Positions 12,437 through 23,804 of a DNA stretch of 64,000 nt are shown here, piece after piece. The DNA lies in NCBI GenBank assembly GCA_964019335.1, contig OZ025662.1:716224-780223 (forward strand), in the 5' to 3' direction. The stretch comes from Diplonema japonicum (lineage: Eukaryota; Protista; Euglenozoa: Diplonemea). The notes below the pieces were generated by a model. It was not told the DNA's origin, did not search any database, and worked only from the letters and a program-made list of their open reading frames with translations. How positions within the stretch are numbered: position 1 is the first letter of the stretch; each line of letters begins with the position of its first letter. A program made the position numbers and the translations under genes.

Positions 12437-13394
12437 AAACGCTGTAAAAAACGAAAAAAGAAGACTGATAAATGTTCTGGAATTTTTTCAGGCCAAACCA
12501 TTTTGTGTCTAGAGATAAGTTGACGACTGGAAAAGTGTTTTTTTTTTCTTTTTTTTTTTTTTTTTTGCTGTGGGAATTGGTCAGTCCTGATGGCTTCCGT
12601 TCGGCGTTTGTCAAGTCCCATATTTTTCACTTTACAGATAAAAAAAAGAAAAAAAAAGATTTCTTGTCAGCTTGCCAACTTTTTTTTTTCCCCCTCTTCC
12701 TTTTCTTCCCCATGAGGGAATGGAAAAGAAAACCCGGCTTTTTGACGGTTTATTTTTCGCCCTCAAGGGAGTTGAAAAGCCCCCCCTCTTTTGTGTGAGG
12801 CAGCTCCTCACACTATAAAAAAAAAAAAAAAAAAAAGAAAGTTTTAATAAAATTTTAGATTTCGGGGAAAAGAACTTTTAGGGAACACTGCTGCGCGGGA
12901 GCAAAAAAAAAAAAGTTTTTTTTTTTTTTTTTTGGAAACAACTGTACCCGAGATTGTGTACCCCTTTCGTATGCTGTTTTTAGTCATTGTTTTGTAGTAC
13001 TGCAGGGAGGTGACGATGAAGGAGGAGGCACCACACCAAAACAGCCGGAGGGGTTGGGGACAAGGTCACGGGTCAGATTTTATGCTATGCGGGGAATATA
13101 AGCCCCTAGGTGCATGTGTAAAAAGAAAAAATAAATAAAAAATGAAATCTTACCTCCCTTTTTTTTTTTTTTTTCGCCCATCGTTGGGTCCACTTGTGGG
13201 GAGCTTCGACTTTTTGCTCAGAGGCTCGGCACAAACATTGCATTAAAAAAAAAGGAGGGGGGAACATCTCGTGTTGAGATAGCAGCATAATCGCATATTA
13301 AATGGAGTAACCAAACATCTCTTCTCTTCAAAAAGCTTTTTTGTGCAGGGAACGACCCAACAAGGGAGCATCATAAGGTAGGCACGCCACCGCG

Positions 13395-13440
13395 GCGGGC
13401 CGTTGCTAACCACTTCGTTCCTATCATAGTGAATTTTTTT
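13395..13440 (+). repeat. Dispersed ~45-bp repeat family A, copy 2
   Basis: One mismatch to copy 1. Confidence 0.9.
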
Positions 13441-13746
13441 CTTTGCGACAAAGTAATCAGCTTTGGCAGGCTCTTTTTTTATTTTTTTTTACACAGGGAT
13501 GCTCTCTCTTCGCCCGTGGAGAGATCTAGAATCGAAAAAAAAAAAAAAAAAAAGAAAGTGAGCAAGAAGTTTGAATTTTAACTGTAAAACATGAAAGAGG
13601 GCGTGGGTAGACGGGCCCTATATTTCTCCTTGGGGACCCGTGTTTCCTCCCCCCTTTTTTTTATCTTTCTTCCTCTTCCTCTCTTTTCTAAGGGGTGTTT
13701 TCGCAGCTTTACTTTTACTCATCGTTTTTTATTTTATTTTATTTCC

Positions 13747-13786
13747 AAAGGGCGCCGCCAACACCGGCCTCCTTTAACTCATATAT
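13747..13786 (+). repeat. Dispersed repeat family B' copy
   Basis: aaagggcgccgccaacaccggcctcctttaactcatata, identical at 14944. Confidence 0.88.
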
Positions 13787-14782
13787 TTTATTTTATTTTA
13801 TTTTTTTTATCCTTCACGTTTCAAGCAAAGGAATAAGTAGCCTTTCTGAGATCCCCTCTTTTTTTTCTCTCTCTCTTTTTTTTGTTTTATTGTTATTATT
13901 TTAAAAAAAGAGGGGAAAAAAAAGTAAAGAAGACATCACGGCGCAACAGGGTTCCACTGCTCGTTCCCTTCTTAGCTGAAGATCTGTCATTCCGCATTTG
14001 AGCAGTAAGTCTATCTTGAAAAAGTGGCACATGATGCATATAAAAATGAACGCCTTTTTTTTCTTTTTTTGAGCTCGGCGGAGAGCCAAGAGGCAGAGCC
14101 GTGTATAGCATGTGGCCCCTTAATGTTACAAGATTGAATTATATATATATATTTTTTTTTTTATCTTCTTCCTCCCCTCGAGAACACGAAAATAAATAAT
14201 TTGGCTCTGCTTCTTATTTTTTTCTCCCTTTTTTTTTTTTTTTAAAAAAAAAGGCACGATTGGGAAAAGCACCATCAGGCAGGTGCGTGCTAACCCATGC
14301 CGCCTGACTAATTTCTTTCTTCTTCTTTGGAAGACAAGAATACTGTAAAAAGAAAAAAGGTAGGAGGGGGGTAAGAAGAAGAAAAAAAGGAATTGCCTAT
14401 ATGTGGTACTACGCCTTTGAGTGGCCCATTCTTTTTTTTCTTCTCATTTTTTTTTCTTCATTTTCTTCTTCCCGCTTCTTCTGGAATACAATAGAAAAAG
14501 CGTTCTAGGACTGCCTTTCATTTTTTTTCTTTTTTTTTTGAATTTTCTTCCCCCCCCCCTCCCCCCTAATTAACCCCCTAAGGAGGGGGGCACCATCAGC
14601 CATACAGAATTTTTGGAAAAGGCCAACGTGCCTGTGTGAAGTCTTTTATTTTTATTTTTGATACTTACAAAAAAAAAAAAAGAAAAAATGAATCAAAAGC
14701 CTCTCTCGGAGCCCGATAAAAATTGGGGGGGGACGGAAAAAATGGCAATTTTCAAATTTTCCGGGCCAATATATATTTTTTC

Positions 14783-14822
14783 AGGGGCGTCTCACAAAGA
14801 CTTCCTTTAACTCATATATATA
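14783..14822 (+). repeat. Dispersed repeat family B copy
   Basis: ggggcgtctcacaaagacttcctttaactcatata, also in the copies at 20686-20729 and 49883-49934. Confidence 0.88.
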
Positions 14823-14943
14823 TTTTCTTGGTGAGCTGGTTAGCATTTTTTTTTCTCTCTTTTTTTCCCCCCCTCCCGAAAAAAACGGCAACAAATTATT
14901 TTTCAAAAAAAGAAAAAAAAGGTGGAATGACTTTTTATTTTTT

Positions 14944-14985
14944 AAAGGGCGCCGCCAACACCGGCCTCCTTTAACTCATATATAT
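14944..14985 (+). repeat. Dispersed repeat family B' copy
   Basis: Identical to the 13747 copy. Confidence 0.88.
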
Positions 14986-17900
14986 TTTTTTATTTTCTAA
15001 ACCATTCAATACTTTAACAACACCGATGCACCTCTCTTTGGTAGCAATGGGGATCTTGTGCAAGGTGATTCCCCCCCCCCTTTTTTTTCACTCTTTCATC
15101 GCAGGGTTACCCACTTTTTTTTCCTTTTTTTTTTGGTGTCAGATCCTGCGGAATCTTGTAGTTGTTCACCCAACAAATTAATTTAAAAAAAAAAAAGAAA
15201 AAAAGAAGAAAAAAAGAAGATGATCTTAGGTGAAACATTGCTCCCCCTTTTTTAAGCAATTCACCTTTTTTGTTTTTTTTTTTTTTTGTTTTTGTTTCTC
15301 TACCACCTTGGTCAATCTGTACTTATTCCCACCGCTACCCCGAAGGGAAAAAAGAAAAAAAAAAAAGAAAAGAAAAAAAGAAAGAGACGGACATAGTACA
15401 TACATTTTTTTTTTTTGAAAGTGGTCACCAGCTGTTGTGACAAAAAAAGATTTTTTTTTCCCCCTCTTCCTTTAGACAGGGCGATCACTGAAAAGAAAAG
15501 AAAAAAAAAAAAGAATACATTTAAAAAATTTGATATCATACCCCACACCAATCAAGAAAGTTGTTTATTTGCCTCCCTTACCACAACCAGTGCTATCATT
15601 CATTTCTCCTCTGCAAACGCATTTCATAGGCGGAATTATTCTATAAAAGGTCACCCCCCCCTTTTTTTTCAGCACCCGCACTGAGCGCGTACCCAAAAGT
15701 GGTAGCAATGAATTATAAAAAAAAGAAAAAACGGAAGGAGGATGAAAATGGGCGGGGAAAAAAATAATATAAATGCAGTTGGATAAATCTCTCTCCCCCC
15801 CCCCCCCAAGAAAGAAAGAAAAAAAGAAGAATGTGCAACAATATTATTTTTTCCCCCCCTCCAACTTTTTGTTAAATTCTGGTTTAAAGAAAAGGTTGAG
15901 TGCAAGGTTCCCCTCCCCCCCCCCTTTTTTTTGTTTTAACAAAACAAGAACTTGCCAAGATTTTTCTTTTTTTTTTGTTTGAAGAATTTCTTGTTGATTG
16001 CAAAATGATCTTAGGTAGGTTTTCATTCTCTCTCTCCCCATTTTTTTTGCCCTCCCCCCCCCCCTTCCTACGCCCCTCCCCCCTATGTTCACGTTAAAAT
16101 AGATAAAATCGCGATAAGAAAAAAAAGAAGAACTATTGATTTCTTTCCACCCCCTTGTTTGCCCCCCCCCCCCCCTCCCCCCACCACCAACCAAAAAATA
16201 AAAAAGTTTTTTTTTTCGCACATCAATCAACCCATACCTTTTTTTAAAAAAAGTTTTTTATAAAAGATTTTTTTTTAGCCCTCCTCTATTCATACATTTA
16301 CATGCTGTACACGATGTCAGTCAGGGAGAAGTTAAAAAAGATTTTTATTTAAAAAAAAAAAGAAGAAAAAGAAAAAAAAAAGAAAATGCGGGAGAAAAGG
16401 AAAAAAGTCATATACAAAATAAAAAAAAACCTTCTACGAAAAGAAATTCAGTTTTTTAATCAGCGATTTTGAATCTTAAAATAAATTTTTTTTAACACGA
16501 ACTGCGGGCGCTTATCCTTCTATTCTCCTCGGCACACTGCTTACAGACGACTGACTACACGTAGTTTCTTGCAACGAAAAAAAAAAAATAATAATAATAA
16601 GAGAAAGAAAAGAAAAGGTCTGTCTGCGTGGCGTGCTTCCCCCCATCCCTCCCTCCATAGCTCCTCTCTTTCCAAGAAAAAGAAGAGATTTAAAAAAAAA
16701 AAAAAAAAAAGAAAAAGGAAGAAGAAATATGAGTTCACTCCTGTCTACACCGTTTCAATAATGAAAAATACGATTTGTTTTTTTTTTTTATTTTATTGTC
16801 ACACTCATAGTGAAACAAGCATAAAGACTGGTTGGAAGGTACCCTAGGATGCGGCACAGGGGGCAAAGTAAGTTTCCCTGAGGAGCAGGCACTACGTCCT
16901 GACAGTACTACAACAAGCTCACATTCTTGAGCATTTTCGTTTATGATTGCATGAAATTTTTAAAACAAAAAAAAAAAAAAAAAAAAAAGAATTAAAAAAT
17001 TGTTGAAACACCATTGTTGGCGAGACTCATTTTTTTTTTTTTTTTTTTTTTTTTGGCCCTTCTTTTTTTTTTTTTTATTATTGTTCTTCCCTCAACATCT
17101 TCTTTAGGCATTTCAAAACAAGCAAAAGAGAGAAATAGGAGACATACATTTTTTTTTTTTTTTTTTTTTTTTTCCATAAAAGAGAGAGAAAAAAAAAAAA
17201 GGAAAAAAGATTGTGGCAACCCACGGCCCTGCTGCATGTAGAACAATGGCCACTCTCCCTTTTTTTCTTCTCCCCACCTCTTCAAATCCCCACTCACTTC
17301 ACTTTGCATCTTTTGCCTTCAAAGGATAGAGGGAGCAGGGGGAGCTAAGCAGTGATTTGTCTAAACAAAAGAATAAGGGTTGCTGCGATAACCTCCCGAA
17401 AAGTGATATCATTTTGTTTTATTTTATTTTCCTTCCCTTCCTCCCCTTCCCCTACCAAAGAAGACGCGGTCTGTGTTTTAAAAACTATGAATTTTAGAAA
17501 GTTCATTTTCTTCTTTTCCTTTTTATCCCCACCCCCCTCAAGATATGGACTGGCCTTCCCTTCCTTTTGGCTGCTTCAGATAACTCCTATTTGTTTTTGG
17601 GAAGATGATCAACAAATCTGAGACCTTTTTTTTTTTGAACATATTGACAATTAAAGAAAATGTTATTTGGTAGAGTCCTCAAACTTCTAGGTCCCTGCGA
17701 AGCCTCTGATGAATTTCTGTGGTGTTTTTTTTTTTTTTTTTATTCTATCTGTCTGTGACTCTTGATGACTTTTGGTCAATTAGAAATTTTAAAAAAAAAA
17801 GAATAATAATAATAAAAAGAGTTGGTCCCCTCGTTCTCATTACACAAAAAAAAAGATAAAGTTTTTTTTTTTTTCATTTTGCACCTTAAGTTGTAACCGG

Positions 17901-18408
17901 CTGCACACAAAAAAAAAGGGGGGGGGGGAGGGATGAAACAAAGAAAGAACGAGTAATCTCTTTTTATTAGGTAAGATTCGCAACCTGTTGTCCCCCCCCT
18001 CCCCCCTCCCCGAAACAAGGATTTATTTGCCTTTTTTTTTGACTTTTTGCCTCCTTCCCCAACATCAGGAATGTGCTCCTCATCACGAGTTTGTTTCAAT
18101 GTAATCTCAAACATACATGTGAGGATGAAAAAGAAAGAAGGGGGGGGGGGGAGAAATGAAAACACAACTTAAGAAACATCCTGCTGAATAGGGGGGGGCA
18201 TTCCAGGGAGAGCACCCTCTTCTCCCTCCCCAATGCAAGGAATCAAAAATAACAGAGAAGCGGAAAAGAGAAAAACAAAAAGAAATCTTCTTCTCTATTT
18301 TCTTTTCTGCTACTGCTCCCCCCCCCCCACTAAAATTCCGGATCTATTTTTGCTCTCAGTTTTCCCCTCCACGTCTTTTACATGATGCGATTTCTTTTCC
18401 CTTTCATT

Positions 18409-18441
<33 letters not shown>

Positions 18442-19120
18442 CATAGACCTCTGACTCCCTCTTTTTTCTTTTTGTAGAGAGGGCAGCAACAACAAAGAGC
18501 AGCGGTATGGGGGAGGGGGAGGAGGTTGCACAGTGATGTAGTTGCTGCTTCTTGCACTTTCTCTCCCTCCATTATAATGAAAGAAAAATGTGAAATTAAA
18601 AAAAAAAAAAAAAGATTAACTATTTTATTTAGTGAATATAAGATCTCCTGTGATTTCACGCGAGTGTAATAACATTTAACGAGTCAAAATTGCCACCACA
18701 AGTGACATCATCAAACTTTATATTCACATTACGTTGCTTTATATAACGACAGCAGAATTTGAGTGTGTAGGGGTGGCGGTGGTACAAATTACAACCAAGC
18801 CGTCCGGGTTCATTAGCTACAGAATAAAATCCTCTTTTTTCGGGCAGGTGGAAGGGGGCGAACCCAGCTGCGGCCGCCTCTTGTGCAGTCGGCTTGTCGC
18901 CCATCCCAAAGGAACCTTTGTAGGTATTTTAGGAGGGTTTTGCTGAAATTAGGCCCGTGAAAATAAAGTCAGGAATGAAATTGAGAATAAAAGTGAATTT
19001 CTGATTTTCACTTTCCACACACGAAAGTTTTGCTGAAGTTAGATAAAAGAAAATTAAAAAAAAAAAAAAAAAACGAAATAATAATAATGGTCCCTTCCTT
19101 TTTCTTTCGTATTTTGTCGC

Positions 19121-19156
<36 letters not shown>

Positions 19157-20685
19157 CCAAAAAGATTTTTTTTTTCTCTGAATTTTTACTACGGTGAGCA
19201 CCCACCCGCACACCAAAATTTATCAAATGTGTAGTTTGGGAAGCAGTGAGGCCTGGGTGGGCCCTCTGTTTTCCGAGAATAAGAATTGGGGGAAAAGAAA
19301 AAAAAAAAAAAAAAAAAAAGAAAAGAGAAGAAATTCATGTCACCTTCCAAAATATATTTTTCTACTTTTCCAACTCAACTCAACTCAACTCAATTTAACT
19401 TAACTCTTCGTGCTTTTATTTATTTATTTTTTTTCTCTTTTTTTCCCTCTGATTTTCTTTTCAGTGGCCACTTGCTCCCTTTCTTTTTTTCCGTTTTAAA
19501 GAAAAAAATGAAGGAAAAAAGTAAAAAGAAAAAAAAGGGTTGCACTAAATGTAAAAATTGTTTGAGAAAAATAGACAGTATATCAAAAGGATCCATGAAA
19601 ACGGCGAAATGTCAAAAAATGTAACCTTTCCTACTTATTGGTGAATCTTGATGCAGAAAGGACAGCTATACTAAAACAAAGAAAAAGAAGAAGTTTTGTG
19701 ATACGGGAAAAAGGAAGGTTAAAACACAAAAAGAAGAAATAAAGGAGGGTCTCCTTGTCTTTTCTTTTTTTTTTTCTTCAACCCCCTTCTCCTGTTCTAT
19801 CTCTCGTGGTTCTCGTGGTTATATTTTGAGTGCTAGTTCTTATTTTCTCTCCCCCACCCCCTTCTAATTCCCATCAAATTTATAAAATGGGATCAAAGAC
19901 AAAAAAGAAAAGAAAAAAAAAAAAGCACAAAAAAAAGGAAAGTTTTTTCTTAAACTATTTTTTTTTATTCCCCCACACCCCTTTGTTTCATTTCTATTTT
20001 TTTTGATTTTTTTTTTTCCCTTGTTTTTTTTTCGTTTTTTTTTTTGTTTTTTTTTATTCCCTCTGGAAAAAGAAGAAAATTAATAATTGTTCTTTTCCCC
20101 CCCAAAAAAAAACCCCATTATCGGGGCATAAGACTTTGCCTTGATGAAACACTGTCTCCTCTGATTTGAGGGGGAAAAAAAGAAAGTGAATTAAAGGAGG
20201 GTTTCTCAAATAACCTCCTTTTTGTGAAAGATGTTTTTTTTTCGAAGATGTTTTTTTTTTTGTAAAGATTAACAGAGTAAAAAAGACAATTTAAAAAAAA
20301 GGAAACTGTTCAGAACTAGCAGTAAAACAAAATGCTATAGATAGTTTTTTTTTTCTTTTTTTTATTGGTTCAAAAAAAAGGGGGAAAACAAAAGGGAACT
20401 ACTATTTCTTTTTAATCAAATACAAAAATATGGTGATCAACTGTATTCTTTATGCCGAGTAAGGATTTACAACTGCAGGTTTTACCTTTGCGTTTTCCCC
20501 CTTTGCTCGAGCGAAAAACGAAAACTACCAGTTTTACCATAATATTTTGGACAGGCCCTGCGACTCACTTTTGAGTCCCTGTCCGGATATATATTTATAT
20601 ATATTATTTATCATGTTAAACAGTCCAAAAGAAAAAAAAGAAAAAAAAAAAAAAGAAGAATTTATTATTTGGTGCAGGTAGTGCA

Positions 20686-20729
20686 TGAGAACAAGGGGGC
20701 GTCTCACAAAGACTTCCTTTAACTCATAT
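20686..20729 (+). repeat. Dispersed repeat family B copy (target site of the TIR element)
   Basis: tgagaacaagggggcgtctcacaaagacttcctttaactcatat; matches the 49883 copy. Confidence 0.88.
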
Positions 20730-21434
20730 GAGCTCGTCCGGAAGAAAATGTCAACAAATGACCCTCCTATGCGGCGGAAAACCCCCGTTAAATTTCTAAG
20801 TAGAAATCCGACACCACTTTGTGTGCAGAAATGCAGTCTAAGCTTGATCAAAATGCTCGCCGCTTTGTTTTATTTTTAAAACGCGCGTGCAAAAACATGT
20901 TTTTTAGAATGGTTTTTGGCAAACGATTCAATTTGGAAGTTACAAATAACCCGGACTCCATTTTTTATTATTGGGGGACCAATGTTTCCAACCTCCCTGT
21001 GGTGGTTCCTGGTAATTGTGGTTTGGAGAAACACAAGCGAAAGGGAAACTCTCGTTCTAAAGCCGTACACGTGGGGAAACCTGGACGGGGGTGGAGAGCC
21101 CACCCTACGCGTGGCGCCAGTTAGCATCGCCCTCAACGGAGAGTCCCTTATCCCATTACATCGAACAAGGAGGTGGCTTCACCAGTTCAGGCAAGTAGCC
21201 TCCCCGCGGCATCGTGCCAGTGAAGCAAGCCTCCCACAACTCTCTCCCAGGGGTCACAAGTGCGCTTGATCACCAATTGTATGCACCCTAGATGCTGCAT
21301 TTTAAGCAATAAAATTGCATTTTAAACATTTTTCGCCGTTTTTCTGACCTCTATTTTTCGCTTCCCGGGGGCAGCCGGTTGCAAAGCCTGCCACCCTCAT
21401 GGCAAAGTGTTGACATTTTCGTCCGGACGAGCTC
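20730..21434. mobile_element. Non-autonomous TIR DNA transposon, 705 bp, 27-bp TIRs, ATAT (or TA) target-site duplication
   Basis: Left GAGCTCGTCCGGAAGAAAATGTCAACA (20730-20756) and right TGTTGACATTTTCGTCCGGACGAGCTC (21408-21434) differ by one mismatch; ATAT on both sides; the uninterrupted target is seen in other family-B copies. Confidence 0.88.
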
Positions 21435-22492
21435 ATATATTATTTCTTATATTTTTAATTTTCTTCCTTAACTTGCCTCCCATGTTTAACCCTTTCTCCA
21501 AAAGACATCTCCCCTAATAAAAAAAAAAAAAAAAAAAAAAAAAAACAACAACTTGTTTTTTCCCCCTCTCTCTTCCTCTGGCAAACCTCTCTTGAGACCC
21601 GCTCTCTGTTGTTTTTTATTTTCTCTTTTTTTTTTTATTTTATTTTATTTTTTATTTTGTCATCAAGGCTAATGTGGTAAAGCTCGATTTCTTTTTTTTT
21701 TCATTGTTGGCAAAAGGTGTGTGGGGTATATAATGGGTTCTTTCTTAATCCATTTCTTTTTTTTTTCTTTCGTTTTTTACTTTATTTTAATCATTGCCTA
21801 GTACTGCACATCAACGAGTGTCATAGAATTCCCCAGAGCAACGTGAGTGATGGAGTACTTTGATTTCCGTTTCCTTTTTTTCCTTTGAAAAATCACACAA
21901 AGAAATAAAAAAATAAAAAATAAAAAATATATACATGAGCCCCTTTCAGAGGGTACTAACATGGCCTTGTTGCAAAAAAAGAAAAAAGAAAATAATAAAT
22001 AAATTAAAAAAAAGGAAAAATAAAAATAAAATAACCTTCCAGCTATTCCCCCTTTCTTGCTAAGGTTTTCAATACGCAATTTCAAAAACATCTTATGCAG
22101 CAACTTACTTAAGCAGGCTCATATAAAAAAAAGAAAACAAACAATTCATATAGCAAGAGAACGGGCCGCCACACACCCCTCCCCCTTCCTTTCTTTTTAA
22201 ACAGCACTTCAAGTTCCTGAATGTGAAAATGCCCGGAAAAGACAAGACACTTCTTTTCCTCCCTTTTTTTTAAGCCATTGGAGATTGGGGGTGGGGGGGG
22301 GGGGGGGGGGGAGGAGGATGTCTTTTTTTCCCTTTTTTTTTCCAAAATGAAGTGCTGTTTTCTCTACCTTTCTCTTTTTTATTTATTTTTTTTCTTCCTT
22401 ATTTTTCTTTTCTTTCTTTCCTTTTTTTTTTCACTTTGTTTCAAACCAAATACCACCACCACCCCCGCCCCCCCCCTCCCCTCAGGAGCACA

Positions 22493-23503
22493 ATGGAATC
22501 TGTTGTGAATGTCACTATTGTATTAAACAACAAGAAGCGCAAGTCGGTGGTGACAACAGCCCACCCCACTGAGTCCATAGAGACTGTGGTAGAGAGAGCA
22601 GTAGCAGAGGGGCTGCAGGAGGTTCACAACGCGGTGACGACAACAACCCTTGACGAGGGCATCACAGGCACTGCAGGGACACACAGATGCGTTGAAGCGA
22701 AAGTCACACGCCAGCTCCACCACGACAAGATTGAAAGATCTCTTGTGATGAAGATGTTCGCACGCGAGAACGAGCTGCGCACCTGCAAGGAGACACAGGA
22801 TGCTTACTCGGCACATGAAACACCCTTCAACAGCGGTGTGACAGAGCAGCTCCAAAGGGACCTTCTGTGGGAGTATGACATCCCCGCCAACGACGAGGCC
22901 CTTGATGTCTGGCAGACGCAGAGGTGGTACCACCGTGACGACCCAGAGGTGCAGGCCATCCCATTGTACATCAAGTACGACATCTCACGTGAGGGGGACC
23001 TCCGTGTCGGCGATGCGATGGTCGATGCACACCTTGTCTCGTGCAAAGGGGCTGACACTGTGCTGAGCTCCTTCATGAAGGACAACAGACCCCTTATTGT
23101 TCTTGGGGGTTCCTACTCTTGACCCCCCTTCAGGGTGTGGGCGTCCTTCTGGAACGAGCTGTACCAGAAGTGGGCCCCGCTCGCGGACTTTCTTCACGTT
23201 TACATTTATGAAGCCCATGCATCCGACCAGTGGCCCTTGGGGAACAGGGTCTCATTCATCCAGCACCCCACACAGGAGTACAGGATACAGTGCGCGGAGC
23301 AGTGCCGGAAGGACCTGCAGGTGGCCATGCCCACCGTCACGGACCGCATCGACAACGACTTCAACAACAAGTACGCCTCGTGGCCTGAGCGCTTTTACAT
23401 CTTCTTGAACAAGAAGATCGAATACATTGCGTACCCTAAAGAAGCCTGCTACGACCCGAATGAGATCAGCGACTGGCTGACTGCGTGGCACGCAAAGCAG
23501 TGA
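22493..23503 (+). CDS. Iodothyronine deiodinase-like selenoprotein (Sec UGA at 23120-23122)
   Basis: ORFs 22352-23122 and 23135-23503 share a frame. Read-through gives RPLIVLGGSYS-U-PPF...DFLHVYIYEAHASDQW...DRIDNDFNNKYASWPERFYI, the deiodinase motif series. A SECIS-like hairpin follows. Confidence 0.9.
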
Positions 23504-23510
23504 CCGGAAG

Positions 23511-23618
23511 GTGCCTTGCACGGTGCTTGTGACGGCCACGTCTAGGGCGCACCTTTCTTAACCAACTGAAATGATCGGTGCGGACAACTCTCGACGACGG
23601 CCTGATGCACCAAGGCAC
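23511..23618 (+). promoter_or_regulatory. SECIS element candidate (GUGA_UGAU core, elongated upper stem)
   Basis: gtgcctt/aaggcac and ggtgc/gcacc form helix I; core GTGAC 23529-23533 with TGAT 23603-23606; upper stems ggcc/ggcc, cgtc/gacg, cgcacc/ggtgcg; lies in the 3'UTR of a UGA-interrupted gene. Confidence 0.78.
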
Positions 23619-23638
23619 TCCCCAGCTTGCTGCATTGT

Positions 23639-23680
23639 CCCTATCCCTATCCCTATCCCTAGCCTTAGCCTTAGCCCTAG
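23639..23680 (+). repeat. Degenerate telomere-like hexamer tract
   Basis: (ccctat)3 ccctag (ccttag)2 ccctag. Confidence 0.7.
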
Positions 23681-23804
23681 TTAACCTGATTGCTTCTTAA
23701 CGTTTCTCTATATTCCATTATTACATTACTGCTTTCTTTCTGTCAATGCGCCCCCACCCTCGTAGCGTCCGCATCAAAACTCTTCCCTCCACTAGACCCA
23801 GGCA

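Noticed and set aside
10215-22345. Many 60-130-aa F/K-rich ORFs on both strands
   Set aside because: They are translations of poly-A/T tracts with no protein-like composition.
23501-23503. Second Sec at the terminal UGA of the deiodinase-like gene
   Set aside because: It lies after the end of the domain and only 8 nt from the SECIS, too close for recoding.
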